Source: Octopus vulgaris (lineage: Eukaryota). From it: a stretch of DNA of 64,000 nt. The position numbers were made by a program, and so were the translations under genes. Positions 1-11,877 of this stretch are shown one piece after another; positions within the stretch are counted from its first letter, which is position 1, and each line of letters opens with the position of its first letter. The stretch is taken from the NCBI GenBank assembly GCA_951406725.2, contig OX597831.1:17670001-17734000 (forward strand). Reading direction: 5' to 3'. The notes under the pieces were generated by a model. The model was not told where the DNA came from. It was given only the letters and a program-made list of their open reading frames with translations, and made no database searches.

Positions 1-836
1 GGAGCCGGAAACGTTATCTGAGGGAGGAGCCCGTTGTAGTTAAGGCCGCAGAAATCTACATCTTGCGTCCACCGGGAGAGTCGTTCTAAATTGTGGTGCT
101 TCTTTGTTTTGCAGTCCCGCCACATGTTCAGCGATTCGTGAGATTGCTCAAAGAACGAAAAGCTGGCTTCCGTGAAAGTCATTTTTCTGCTGAGGAGAAC
201 GGCCGCGAAAAGCCGTTTCATATTTCAAAAGGACATGAGAAAAACCCCTAGTTTATAAGTGGTTTCTATACTTAAAGAATGCTAAACTGTTGCTTGAAGA
301 CCAACCTCGTTACGGTCGAACGTCGACCTATAGAACGAATGAAAAGTTCATGAATATTCGTGAACTAATCTTGGGGTAGCGCCACCAAGAAATTGACCTT
401 CTTGTTAAACTGAATGTGTCTTGGTTATTTCTGCCAACGAAATTTGAACGACGATTTGCGACTGAAATGAGTTGCAGGAAAATTTGTGCCACGCTTACTG
501 ACGGAAAACCAAAAGCAGCCAGGAATGAACGCTTGTTGTGAAATTGAAAAAACTTTAAAAACATTTGGAAATTGACAATGTTTGGAAGGCCATCAATGGT
601 GAGGAAAAGGTGATGCTAAGAATTATGCCGTTAATGAGAAGGTGAAGAAACAATCATTGGGGGTGTTAAAGTGTATAATCTTCTACGAGGTTCACCAATA
701 CTCGGAATAGTGGAAAATGTATCTGGACCACTGCAATGTTTAAATGGAGAATACTCTAAAGTGCATAAAAGTGTAAACATGTAGAATGAAATAATTTTGA
801 AATCGTCCCGTTTTTTGTGTGTGCACTCCCTTGCTT
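1..836 (+). mobile_element. Decayed, internally deleted mariner-type DNA transposon (5' end outside window)
   Basis: Interrupted + strand translation gives ...VAGKFVPRLLT (mariner WVPRxL motif) at ~470-503. A degenerate right TIR (tcccgttttttgt...ccttgctta, ~805-836) matches the left TIR of the sister copy at 63385. Confidence 0.7.
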
Positions 837-1207
837 AAATATGTACATATATATATGTTACACATATATATATATACATATATAAATATGTGTGTCTGTT
901 CCCTATCCATTTCAAACGGCTAAAACCAAATCGAATCAAGATTATATGGTAATAACCAGACACATTATGTGTAATATATAAACACACAGATATCGACACA
1001 CACACACACACACGCACGCACACACAAACACACAAACACACACACACACACACACAGATACATATATATATAAATATAATTCTTGTGTCAAATACTGTTA
1101 AATTAGCAGTTGCGTACTAATGCTATGCTACTTAGATAAGAAGCGTTAAGACAATATTCCGTACTTTTTCAAGAAAGTTATCCCATGTGTTGTCAATAGT
1201 CAACTTA

Positions 1208-1470
1208 TCTTTAAATATATAAAACTGAGAATATGTGTCTCTCTATCTGTCTGTCTGTGTATTTCACTAAAACCTAATAACTACACAACCAATTTCATTC
1301 AAATTTTACACATGCCTTACTTAGGGCCGAGGAGTGTCAATGGAAAAAATGTTCAACATTTTGCCTAGAGCGAGCCCATAGCAATATCATATTTTCTCCA
1401 CTATTTCAGTATTACGTGTTAAAAGTGAAACAAAAGCATTTCTCTATTTTATGCCAGATGCTTTCGCTTT
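1208..1470 (+). mobile_element. Possible non-autonomous Helitron-like repeat fragment
   Basis: Starts TC..aatatataaaa, then a (ctgt)n tract and accaatttcattcaaatttt, a layout typical of short invertebrate Helitron-like repeats. No 3' hairpin/CTRR end was found. Confidence 0.3.
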
Positions 1471-1868
1471 AACAATAAAAATAATAATAACAATTGAATT
1501 ATATGTTGTAAGTAATAATTAAAATCAACCTAAAGTATAATATAATCGTAACATAAAAAACAGTAAAAATAGCAATTGGTATAAATTTTCATCAATGACT
1601 TGAACTTGAATAAGTGGTTTCACATGAATGGGAATAAATTAAAAATACAATTAGCGTGGAGAAATGGAATAGTCCAGATGGATAATAAAAAAATTAAATT
1701 AAAGAAAAGACTATTGTCTATAAAGTATACAATGTAGAGGAAAAAGGTCGGTTTTTTTCGGCTCCCGTGTTTTTTTTGAGTTAGTTAGTTGGAGTTATTC
1801 TGGTGTGTTTATTTCGAGTAAAGAGGTTGTGAGTTCGAGTTCGTTGGAGGACGTGGAATAATTTTTTC

Positions 1869-3204
1869 TTGAAAATGCAAGAGCAGACTTACGCGCGAGC
1901 GGCAGGCAGAGGCCTGGTTGCCGGTGAACTGGAAATGGAGGAGGTGATGGTCGAACAGAAGACTTTACAGAAGTATTTCGACAGTTTAAAGAGGGAGGGT
2001 GACTGTGTGATAGTCACACCGTCCGAGGAGGAGGAAAGCAGTGCAGAGAAGCGTACTATAACGTACAGGACGTGGTGCGTGGAGTCGAAGAAGATTGAAG
2101 TAGCGGAAATGGAAGAAGTGGAAAGGTGTCTGAAGGAAATTGAGGGTGAACCAGCATTTTTTAAAAGAGGAAGGAAGTATGCCACGGTAGTGGTGTATTT
2201 TAAAACAGAAGAGGAGGCAAAAAAGAACGCTACAAGAATTTTGAAATCGGATAAGTGGACTTTGCTACCAAGTTACTGCGGAAGGAGAGCAGTGAGGATG
2301 AGAATCAATAGAATCTCACCCGAATTTAATATGGAAAGGTTGCTGGCAGCAGTGCTGTTTAACTGCAAGGATGATGTGGAGGTACTGAAGGTGGAGAAGT
2401 CAGCAGAGGTGAAGTGGTGGGGATATACGGTGCAGGTTCTGGCACACATAACCGTGCGAGACCTGTACAACATCCCGGAGGAGTTGGTCTACCCTGACGA
2501 AACACGGCTCCGAGTTGTGATAGAGGGAAGACCCCCAATTTGCTATAACTGTAAATCGAGGGGCCACATGAAGGATGTGTGCCCGCGAGAAAAAACAAAA
2601 GCACCAGAGGTTGTGATAGAGGAGTGTAAAGAAGCGTGTGTGGAGGAAGCGAAAGCGGAGGAAACACAAATGGAGGAGCAGTTAAATGAGGAAGAACGAG
2701 CAAGTGCAGAAGAGGAAAAAACAGAAGACAAGAAGAGATCAAGGGTGGAATCACCACCGAAAGATATAAAAAAGAAAAAAATCAAAAGCAAGATAGCAGA
2801 AGAGAGAGAAGAAAAAAGAACAGGAAGTAAAAGAAAAGGTGAGAGAGCGACCAAGGACAGAGTTTGAACAAGAATGGGAGACAAGAGTGAACGAACAATT
2901 GGAATCGTGTAAATATGGAAGAAGGCCTACAGGAAAAAACTTGAAGGCAGTTGTGATGTATATCAAGAATACAGAAGTGGAAAAGAGACTTGTAGGTAAG
3001 AAAGGGTTGGTCAGGGTGAAGGTGAACCCAAAACTGTATGGTGAAGATGTAAAAGGCGTCATTATAGACAAGGAGACATACACAAAATTAAAAAAGATAT
3101 ATCATGCTATGCATATAATGCATTATGTACGGTATGATAAATTACCAGATGTAATAGATCAAACGGACCTATTGGATTATATGACGGACGAGTGTCTAAT
3201 GTAA
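1869..3204 (+). CDS. Unit 1 (1746-3532) ORF1: RRM-like regions + CCHC zinc knuckle + C-terminal domain; split into 1869-2867 and 2839-3204 by a probable frameshift
   Basis: RGRKYATVVVYFKTEEEA, VRMRINRISP and VVIEGRPPICYNCKSRGHMKDVC (CX2CX4HX4C) align with the ORFs of the other units but are strongly diverged. Confidence 0.75.
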
Positions 3205-3695
3205 AAGAATTAGAATTGTTACTTGTAAAATTATTTGATGTAAAGTTGTGTTTTTGAACAGGAATATATGTAATGTTAACATGTAAAATTGTAAAATTAT
3301 TGTACTGTGAACTGGAATATATGTAACTGTAAAATTGTATTTTGAACTGGAATATATGAAATGTATAATTGTATTTTAAACGGAACTGCGAGTTGGGGGT
3401 TCGTAAGCCGTTCCATCTCATTACATATAAATTCATCTTTTACTTCATATTTTATTTTTACTTTATGTACCCCATGTCCCGTGTTGTCATGTCCCCCTCT
3501 TCGTGGCCCCTTGTGGGTAATAAAAAAAAAAATCGCGGTTTTTTTCGGCTCCTGAAATTCGGTAAAAAAGAACAAAAAGCGTTGTTGTTGTTGTGGAATT
3601 CTGAACGGCGTTGACGCGGTTTCGCGTTTCGCTCGTTCAGCGCGTTACACTTTTTCTGTTTTGGCGGCCGTTTTCGGTCTGTCAGACAGAAGGAA

Positions 3696-5059
3696 ATGGA
3701 CAACCCCTACCTGATGGGAGATACGGCTGCAGTTTTTGAGTCTTTAACAGACTTGTCTACGTCTGAGGAGGAGCTAGAAATAGCAGTGAGGAAAATGGAT
3801 CAGAAGCTGGGTTATACCTATGCCGGTGTAACCAAGAAGGCGGAAGAGAAAGGGGTCGACATGGCCAAGTTGCCAAGTTACCAGAAATACATGAAAAAGG
3901 AAAGCGGTGAGGTGGAACTATCACCGACACCCAGGAGAAAAGAATGGTATGACAAGAGGACCATTGTTTACAGGGTGTGCGCAAACGAAAGGAAGAGGGT
4001 AGAAGTTGTATCCATGGAATGGATAGAGGAAGCCCTGCGAAGAACTGAGGAGGAAATAAATTTTCTGACTCGAGGATCCAAGTACGGGACCGTAGTTGTG
4101 CACTTTAAAAGTGAATCTGCAGCGAGGAAGATGGCAGCGAAGGCGGTGAAGTCGGAAAAGGTAACACTGTTACCTACGTATTTAAACAGGAGGATTACAC
4201 GAATAAGGGTGGAGGGAGTGCCACCAAACGTGGAGGCAGAATGGATTGTGGCGGCTGTGATCAGCGGCCACGAGGACGAAGTGGATATTCTCCATGCCTC
4301 GGTTAAGTCCGAGGGCTGGAGAGGCGTAACAGTGGAGCTGAACGTACAGGCAGAGACCGAGGTACTGGTGGACCTGACGGAAAGCATCAGACTGGGAGAC
4401 GTGGTCATGAGAGTGTGGGTGGAGGGCAGGGCTCCACGTTGTTACAAGTGTGGCCTGAGGGGCCACATAAGAGCCTTCTGCCCTCCCCCAGGAAAAGAAA
4501 TGGATTCCGAACCAGAGAGAGAGAAGCAGAAACCAGAGGAGAAGGAAACAGAGGAAGAGAATACACAGAAATGGAAGGAAGCTGGAAGTAAGAGGAAGAG
4601 AAGAATATGTGGAAAAAAAGAAAATAATATGGAACTCCAATCTACCCCAAAACCTCCCACACCCTCTGAGTCCCACCCTATCCATGCAGACATTGAACCC
4701 ACCCGCTCCCCCCCAACAAGAAAACAAAAGAAAAAAAGAATACACACACACAAGAGATTGAAATCGAACCCAGGCCGTACATTTGTACTATGACTGAACA
4801 GAAAGAAGTTAAAAGTCTAATGGAAGAGTATAAATGGTATGATGTTGGAGAGACTAGGTATGCTGTGATTGAAAAGAAGAACATAGGTGAGTTTATGGGG
4901 AGGTGTGAAAGGGAGAATTGGGAGGTGAAAGATATAAGAATGAGCGATGAATTCGTGGAAAATATGGATGAGTATTTCGGAGTAAGAATGGATATGGAAT
5001 TTATTCGTATTGACAAAGAACATTCAAGTGACTATGAAAAACAAAGGACAGGTAAGTGA
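3696..5059 (+). CDS. Unit 2 (3533-5211) ORF1, ~455 aa, one -1 frameshift in an A-run near 4731
   Basis: ORFs 3696-4793 and 4790-5059; RGSKYGTVVVHFKSESAA, VWVEGRAPRCYKCGLRGHIRAFC. The A-run has 7 A here and 8 A in the in-frame unit 3 equivalent. Confidence 0.8.
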
Positions 5060-5372
5060 TGCTGACGGACGGGGCCGTTGGTATCGCTTTCATTTTATCA
5101 TTTTTTTCGTTTAACAATTCATGTTCATAAAGTTTAATTATAATGTTCTATGTCCCCATGTTTTGTTATGTCCGCCATTCTTCGTAGCCCCTTAGTGGGT
5201 AATAAAGAAATACGTGTTTTTTTCGGCTCCTGAAATTCAGTAAAAGGGAACAAAAAGCGTTGTTGTTGTGGAAATTGTGAACGGCGTTGATGCGGTTTCG
5301 CGTTTCGCTGGTTCTGCGCGTTACACTTTTTTCTGTTTTGGCGGCCGTTTTCGGTCTGTCAGACAGAAGGAA

Positions 5373-6735
5373 ATGGACAACCCCAACCTGATGGGAGATA
5401 CGGCTGCAGTTTTTGAGTCTTTAACAGACTTGTCTACGTCTGAGGAGGAGCTAGAAATAGCAGTGAGGAAAATGGATCAGAAGCTGGGTTATACCTATGC
5501 CGGTGTAACCAAGAAGGCGGAAGAGAAAGGGGTCGACATGGCCAAGTTGCCAAGTTACCAGAAATACATGAAAAAGGAAAGCGGTGAGGTGGAACTATCA
5601 CCGACACCCAGGAGAAAAGAATGGTATGATAAAAGGACCATTGTTTACAGGGTGTTCGCAAACGAAAGGAAGAGGGTAGAAGTTGTAACCATGGGATGGA
5701 TAGAGGAAGCCCTGCGAGGAACTGAGGAGGAAATAAATTTTCTGACCCGAGGATCCAAGTACGGTGCCGTAGTTGTGCATTTCAAAACTGAGTCTGCAGC
5801 GAGGAAGATGGCGGCGAAGCCGGTGAAGTCAGAAAAGGTAACCCTATTACCTACGTATTTAAACAGGAAGATTACACGAATAAGGGTGGAGGGAGTGCCA
5901 CCAAACGTGGAGGCAGAATGGATTGTGGCGGCTGTGATCAACGGCCACGAGGACGAAGTGGATATTCTCCATGCCTCGGTTAAGTCCGAGGGCTGGAGAG
6001 GCGTAACAGTGGAGCTGAACGTACAGGCAGAGACCGAGGTACTGGTGGACCTGACGGAAAGCATCAGACTGGGAGACGTGATCATGAGAGTGTGGGTGGA
6101 GGGCAGGGCTCCACGTTGTTACAAGTGTGGCCTGAGGGGTCACATAAGAGCCTTCTGCCCTCCCCCAGGGAAAGAAACGGATTCCGAACCAGAGAGAGAG
6201 AAGCAGAAACCAGAGGAGAAGGAAACAGAGTAAGAGAATACACAGAAATGGAAGGAAGCTGGAAGTAAGAGGAAGAGAAGAATTCGTGGAAAAGAAAATA
6301 ATATGGAACTCCAATCTACCCCAAAACCACCCACACCCTCTGAGTCCCACCCTATCCATGCAGACATTGAACCCACCCGCTCCCCCCCAACAAGAAAACA
6401 AAAGAAAAAAAAGAATACACACACACAAGAGATTGAAATCGAACCCAGGCCGTACATTTGTACTATGACTGAACAGAGGCAAGTTAAAAGTCTAATGGAA
6501 GAGTATAAATGGTATGATGTTGGAGAGACTAGGTATGCTGTGATTGAAAAGAAGAACATAGGTGAGTTTATAGGGAGGTGTGAAAGGGAGAATTGGGAGG
6601 TGAAAGATATAAGAATGAGCGATGAATTCGTGGAAAATATGAATGAGTATTTCGGAGTAAGAATGGATATGGAATTTATTCGTATTGGCAAAGAACATTC
6701 AAGTGACTATGAAAAACAAAAGGACAGGTAAGTGA
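5373..6735 (+). pseudogene. Unit 3 (5212-6886) ORF1, near-identical to unit 2, with premature TAA at 6231
   Basis: ORFs 5268-6233 and 6303-6731 align nearly residue for residue with unit 2; GAA>TAA at 6231. Confidence 0.8.
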
Positions 6736-7063
6736 TGCTGACGGACGGGGCCGTTGGTATCGCTTTCATTTTATCATTTTTTCGTTTAACAATTCATTTT
6801 CATAAAGTTTAATTATAATGTTCTATGTCCCCATGTTTTGTTATGTCCGCCATTCTTCGTAGCCCCTTAGTGGGTAATAAAGAAATCAGATTGAACGGTC
6901 GTGTTTTTTTGCGCTCTGTAAAATTCGGTTAAAAAAGAACAAAAAGCGTTGTTGTTGTTGTGGCAATTTTGAATGGCGTTGATGCGGTTTCGCGTTTCGC
7001 TGGTTCTGCGTGTTACACTTTTTCTGTTTTGGCGGCCGTTTTCGGTCTGTCAGACAGAAGGAA

Positions 7064-8483
7064 ATGGACTATGAGTCTCTAACAGACTTGTCCACGACAG
7101 ATGAGGAACTGGAACAGGCAGTGACAATGAAGCTGATGGGAGATAAGGGTGGAGTTTTCGAGTCTTTATCAGACACGTCTACGTCTGAGAAGGAACTAGA
7201 AATGGCAGCGAGGAAATTGGAACAGAAGCTGGGTTATACCTATGCCGGTGTAACCAAGAAGGCGGAAGAGAAAGGGGTCGACTTGGCCAAGCTACCAAGT
7301 TACCAGAAATATATGAAAAAGGAAAGCGGTGAGGTGTAACTAGCACCGACACCCAGGAGAAAAGAATGGTATGATAAAAGGACAATTATTTACAGGGTGT
7401 TCGCAAACGAAAGGAAGAGGGTAGAAGTTGTAACCATGGAATGGATAGAGGAGGCCCTGCGAAGAACGGAGGAGGAAATTAATTTTCTGACTCGAGGATC
7501 CAAGTATGGTACCGTAGTTGTACATTTTAAAAGAGTCTACAGCGAGGAAGATGGCGGCGAAGGCGGTGAAGTCAGAAAAGTTAACACTTTTACCTATGTA
7601 TTTGAAGAGAAGGATTACACGAATAAGGTTGGAGGGAGTGCCACCAAACGTGGAGGCTGAGTGGATTGTGGCGGCTGTGATCAACGGCCACGAGGAGGAA
7701 GTGGATATTCTCCATGCCTCGGTTAAGACCGAGGGCTGGAGAGGCGTAACAGTGGAGCTGAACGTGCAGGCAGAGAACGAGGTACTGGTGGACCTGGCGG
7801 AAAGCATCAGATTGGGAGACGTGATCATGAGAGTGTGGGTGGAGGGCAGAGCTCCACGTTGTTACAAGTGTGGCCTGAGGGGTCACATAAGAGCCTTCTG
7901 CCCTCCCCCAGGGAAAGAAATGGATTCCGAACCACAGAGAGCGAAGCAGAAACCAGAGGAGAAGGAGACAGTAGAAGAGGAAGAGAATTCACAGAAATGG
8001 AAGGAAGCTGGAAATAAGAGGAAGAGAAGAATACGTGGAAAAGAAAATAACATGGAACACCAATCCACCCCAACACCACCCACACCCTCTGAGTCCCACC
8101 CTATCCCTGCAGACAGTGAACCCACCCGCTCCCCCCCAACAAGAAAACAAAAGAAAAAAAATAATACAGACAGACAAGAGATTGAAATCGAACCCAGGCC
8201 GTACATTTGTACTATGACTGAACAGAAAGAAGTTAAAAGGCTAATGGAAGAGTATAAATGGTATGAAGTTGGTGAGACTAGGTATGCTGTGATTGAAAAT
8301 AAGAACATAGATGAATTTATGGTGAGGTGTGAAAGGGAAAATTGGGAGGTGAAAGATATAAGAATGAGCGAGGAATTCGTGGAAAATATGGATGAGTATT
8401 TCGGAGTAAGAATGGATATGGAATTTATTCGTATTGGGAAAGAACATTCAAGTGACGGTGAAAACCAAAGGACAGGTAAGTGA
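7064..8483 (+). pseudogene. Unit 4 (6897-8619) ORF1, same family, with a stop at 7337 and a frameshift near 7530
   Basis: ORF pieces 7010-7339, 7397-7660 and 7518-8483; duplicated ESLTDLST/ESLSDTST N-terminal motif; CCHC knuckle intact. Confidence 0.8.
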
Positions 8484-8786
8484 TGCCTTTAGCATCGCTT
8501 TCATATTATCATTTTTTCATGTAACAATTCATCCTTCATAAATTTAATTGTAATGTTCTATGTCCCCATGTCTTGTAATGTCCCCCTCTTCGTTCGCCCC
8601 TTGTGGGTAATAAAGAAATAGTGTTTTTTTGCGCTCTGTGAAATTCGGTTAAGAAAGAAAAAAGAACAAAAAGTGAATGGTTGTTGTTGTGAAATTTTGA
8701 ACGTCGTTGATGCGGTTTCGCGTTTCACTGGTTCTGCGCGTTGCACTTATTCGGTTCGGAAGGCCGTTTTTCGGTCTGAGGCGACT

Positions 8787-10151
8787 ATGAGCCGCCTCTA
8801 CCAAACGGATGAGATGGAAGGGAGAAATTTCTCTGAAATTTTGTCGACATCTGAGGAGGAGTTGGCGGTGAAAAAAATGGAAAGCACCAATGCAGGTATA
8901 ACGAAGAAGTCAACAGAAAAAGAGATAAACCTGGCTAAGTTGACGGACTTCCAGGAGTTCATGAAGGAGGAGGAGAACGGTGAGGTTGAGCTGTTGCCTC
9001 TAGCAGGGCGCGGAGACTGGTTCCATCGTAGCACCATTAAATATAAAGTATTTATGAATGGAGGTAGAAAAATGGAAGGGATTAACATGGAAGCAATTAA
9101 AGAGGCTTTCAAACAGACAGGAGAAGAAATTGTGTACATGACAAAAGGATTAGAATATGGAACCATAACGGTACAATTTAAAAGTGAGAAAGCAGCCAGG
9201 AATATAGCAGCCAAGGTGGTGAGTACAGAAAAGTTTTACTTGTTCCCCTCGTATTTGAATAGAAGGACCACCAGAATTAGGGTGGTGGGAATACCTCCAC
9301 ACCTAGAGGGCGAATTAATAACGGCTGCTGTTATCAAATGAAATGAAGATAAAGTGGACATCCTCCACGCCATTATGAAATATGAAGGCGTGAGAGGTGC
9401 CACACTAGTAATGAACATACAGACGGAGGCGTAAGTTATAGAAAAGCTTACGGACAGTATAAAAACTGGAAATATTATTATGAGAGTGTGGGTGGAGGGT
9501 AGGGCACCCAGGTGCTACAGGTGTGGCCTGAGGGGTCACATAAGAGCCTACTGCCCTCCCCCACCAAAGGAAAAAGAAAAGGAAATCGTCGCGGAAGCCC
9601 CAAAAGAGGAAGAAACAAAAGAGAACCAAAGGGAAAAAGAAACGACAAAAGAAGAGGAGATGCAACAAGAGTGGGAAGAAGGAAGAAAAAAGAGAAAAAG
9701 AAAGAAAAAGAAAAACTGTGCGAAGCCCCAACCCACCCCAACACCACCCGCACCCTCTGAATCCCACCCTTCCCCTGCAGACAGTGAACCCACCCGCTCC
9801 CATCCAACAAGAAAACAAAAGAAAAATATACACAGACAAGTGTTTGAAAACGAACCCAGGCCGAACATTTATATTATGACTGAACAGAAAGAAGTGAAAA
9901 GCGTAATGGAAGAGTATAAATGGTATGAAATAGGTGAGACCAGATATGCAGTGCTGGAAAAGAAGAATATAGATGAGTTTGTGTTGAGGTGTGAAAGGGA
10001 GAATTGGGACGTGAAAGATACAAGAATGAGTGATGAATTCGTGGAATATATGGAGGACAGTTTCGGAGTAAGAATGGATATGGATGGTCTTCGTATTGGG
10101 AATGAACATTCAGCTGACAGTGAAAACAAAAGGACAGGTAAGTGGTGCTAG
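8787..10151 (+). pseudogene. Unit 5 (8620-10288) ORF1 with a divergent N-terminal half and in-frame stops at 9339 and ~9432
   Basis: KGLEYGTITVQFKSEKAA, TRIRVVGIPP, CYRCGLRGHIRAYC; C-terminal domain MTEQKEVKSVMEEYKWY. Confidence 0.78.
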
Positions 10152-10508
10152 CGGATGGGGCCGTTGGCACCGCTTTCATATATCATTTTCAAAATTCATT
10201 TTACTCATATCTATGTAATTGTGATGTTCCATGTCCCCAATGTTTGTAATGTCCCCTCTATATGGCCCCTAGTGGGTAATAAAGAAATAGGTCGTGTTTT
10301 TTTGCGGTTATTGTAAGTTGATATATTTTTGCTGTCGTATTATTATCTCTGTTATTCTCTACTGTTTGTCTACCTGTTTTGTATATTGCTGTCTAACTGT
10401 CGAAGTCAGCCTTCGCGCGAGGACTTCGCGTTTGTGTTCCCCCCTCCGTGGGGGAAAAATATCAATTATCTTGAAGTTACCAAGGGCTTGTGAAGCCAAC
10501 TGTTCAAG

Positions 10509-11868
10509 ATGGAGTCCCCCTTCTCTGATTCTCCCGTGAAGAGTGAAGAGGAGTATCCGGCGATGTCGCCAAGGAAAAAAGAGGCGGTGTCGCCAAAGAA
10601 AAAAGAGGCGACTTCACCAAAGAAAAAGGAAAACCCAGCACCTGCACCAGCTTCAGCGAAAAAAAATCTCTGAAGTGGCCGGTAAAAAGATTAAAAAAAT
10701 AAATGTGGAAGATTTGGAAATATATGCGGACTGTGTAAAAAAAGAGGGCACGGAAGTGACAGTGGTCACAAACGTCCAAAGACACGATGAAATAGAAAAA
10801 AAAAGAATAATTTATAAGACATTTAACACGACGACAAAAATGATCAAAAAAATTGAAGAAAAAAAATAGAGAACTGTCTTAAACCATTAATGGACAAAAT
10901 AACTTACAGTAACAGAGGAAAGAGATACGGCACAGTGGAGGTGCGTTTCACTACAGAGGAGATAGCAAAAAAACTATCTATGGAGCCGATTAAAGCGGAG
11001 AACATTGTTCTCCTCCCCTTGTATAGAGGGAAAAGAACATCGAGAATTACGATGAACAACATTCCCCCATAGGCAGATGCCGAATGTCTGGTGGTAGCAG
11101 TGATGGTAGGCCTGGAGGAAAAAATAAACATCCTCCAGGCCACAGTGAAGGAAGAGGAATTTTGGAAAGGACAGAAAATAGTAATAGCCATTCAGGCGGA
11201 AGTTCAAACACTGGAGGAAATTCCAGAAACTTTAAAAATAAATGAGGAAGAGAGAATAACAGTTTTCGTGGAGGGCAGAAAGCCGAGGTGCGTCTGCTGC
11301 GGCAAGAAGGGTCATGTAAGGGCGGAATGCCAACCCCAACCCAAGCCGCAGGAAGCACCTCAGCCAGGTGAAAAAGAAGATAAAGTGTCACAAGAAGCAG
11401 CGCCGGGCGGCCCAGAAGGGACGACTGAAGGTGTGGAGGTGAAAAAGGCAGCAGAACCAGCGGCGGAGGAAAATAAGAGCGAGGAAAAGAAAAATGAGGA
11501 GGGGTGGGCAAAAATCACCAGAAAAAAAAAAGAAAAACGGAAACCACCCCTCCCAGAGTGAACTTAAAAAGAAAAGAGAGTCGATGTACTCGTATATGGC
11601 CGTTAAGGCATCAAATAACAGACTTGGAAACGTATTGGCAGCTATGGCCAAAGTGGAGAGAATAGGGAAAAAGAACGACTATGTAGTTTACAGAATAGGC
11701 CGGAAGGATTACGGGCGGATAAAATCCGAATTCTTCCATGACGTAGGCCCACTTAGAATGGATGTGACATCTCCACATATATTCGAGGGCCTACGTCAGA
11801 CTCCCCCACGAGGCCCTGAAAAAGAGTTAAACAAAGAAGAGAAAGACAAAACCGAACCACTGATATAA
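10509..11868 (+). pseudogene. Unit 6 ORF1 (SPKK repeats, RRM-like, CCHC knuckle, C-terminal domain), with several frameshifts and a stop
   Basis: ATG 10509 MESPFSDSPVKSEEEYPAMSPRKKEAVSPKKKEATSPKKKE; RGKRYGTVEVRFTTEE; VFVEGRKPRCVCCGKKGHVRAEC. Confidence 0.78.
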
Positions 11869-11877
11869 AGGTAAGTA

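Noticed and set aside
1720-1745. Possible TSD around the whole array (ataaagtatacaatgtagaggaaa versus ataaagaaataacatggaggaaa at 17306-17328)
   Set aside because: Too degenerate and A-rich to distinguish from chance.
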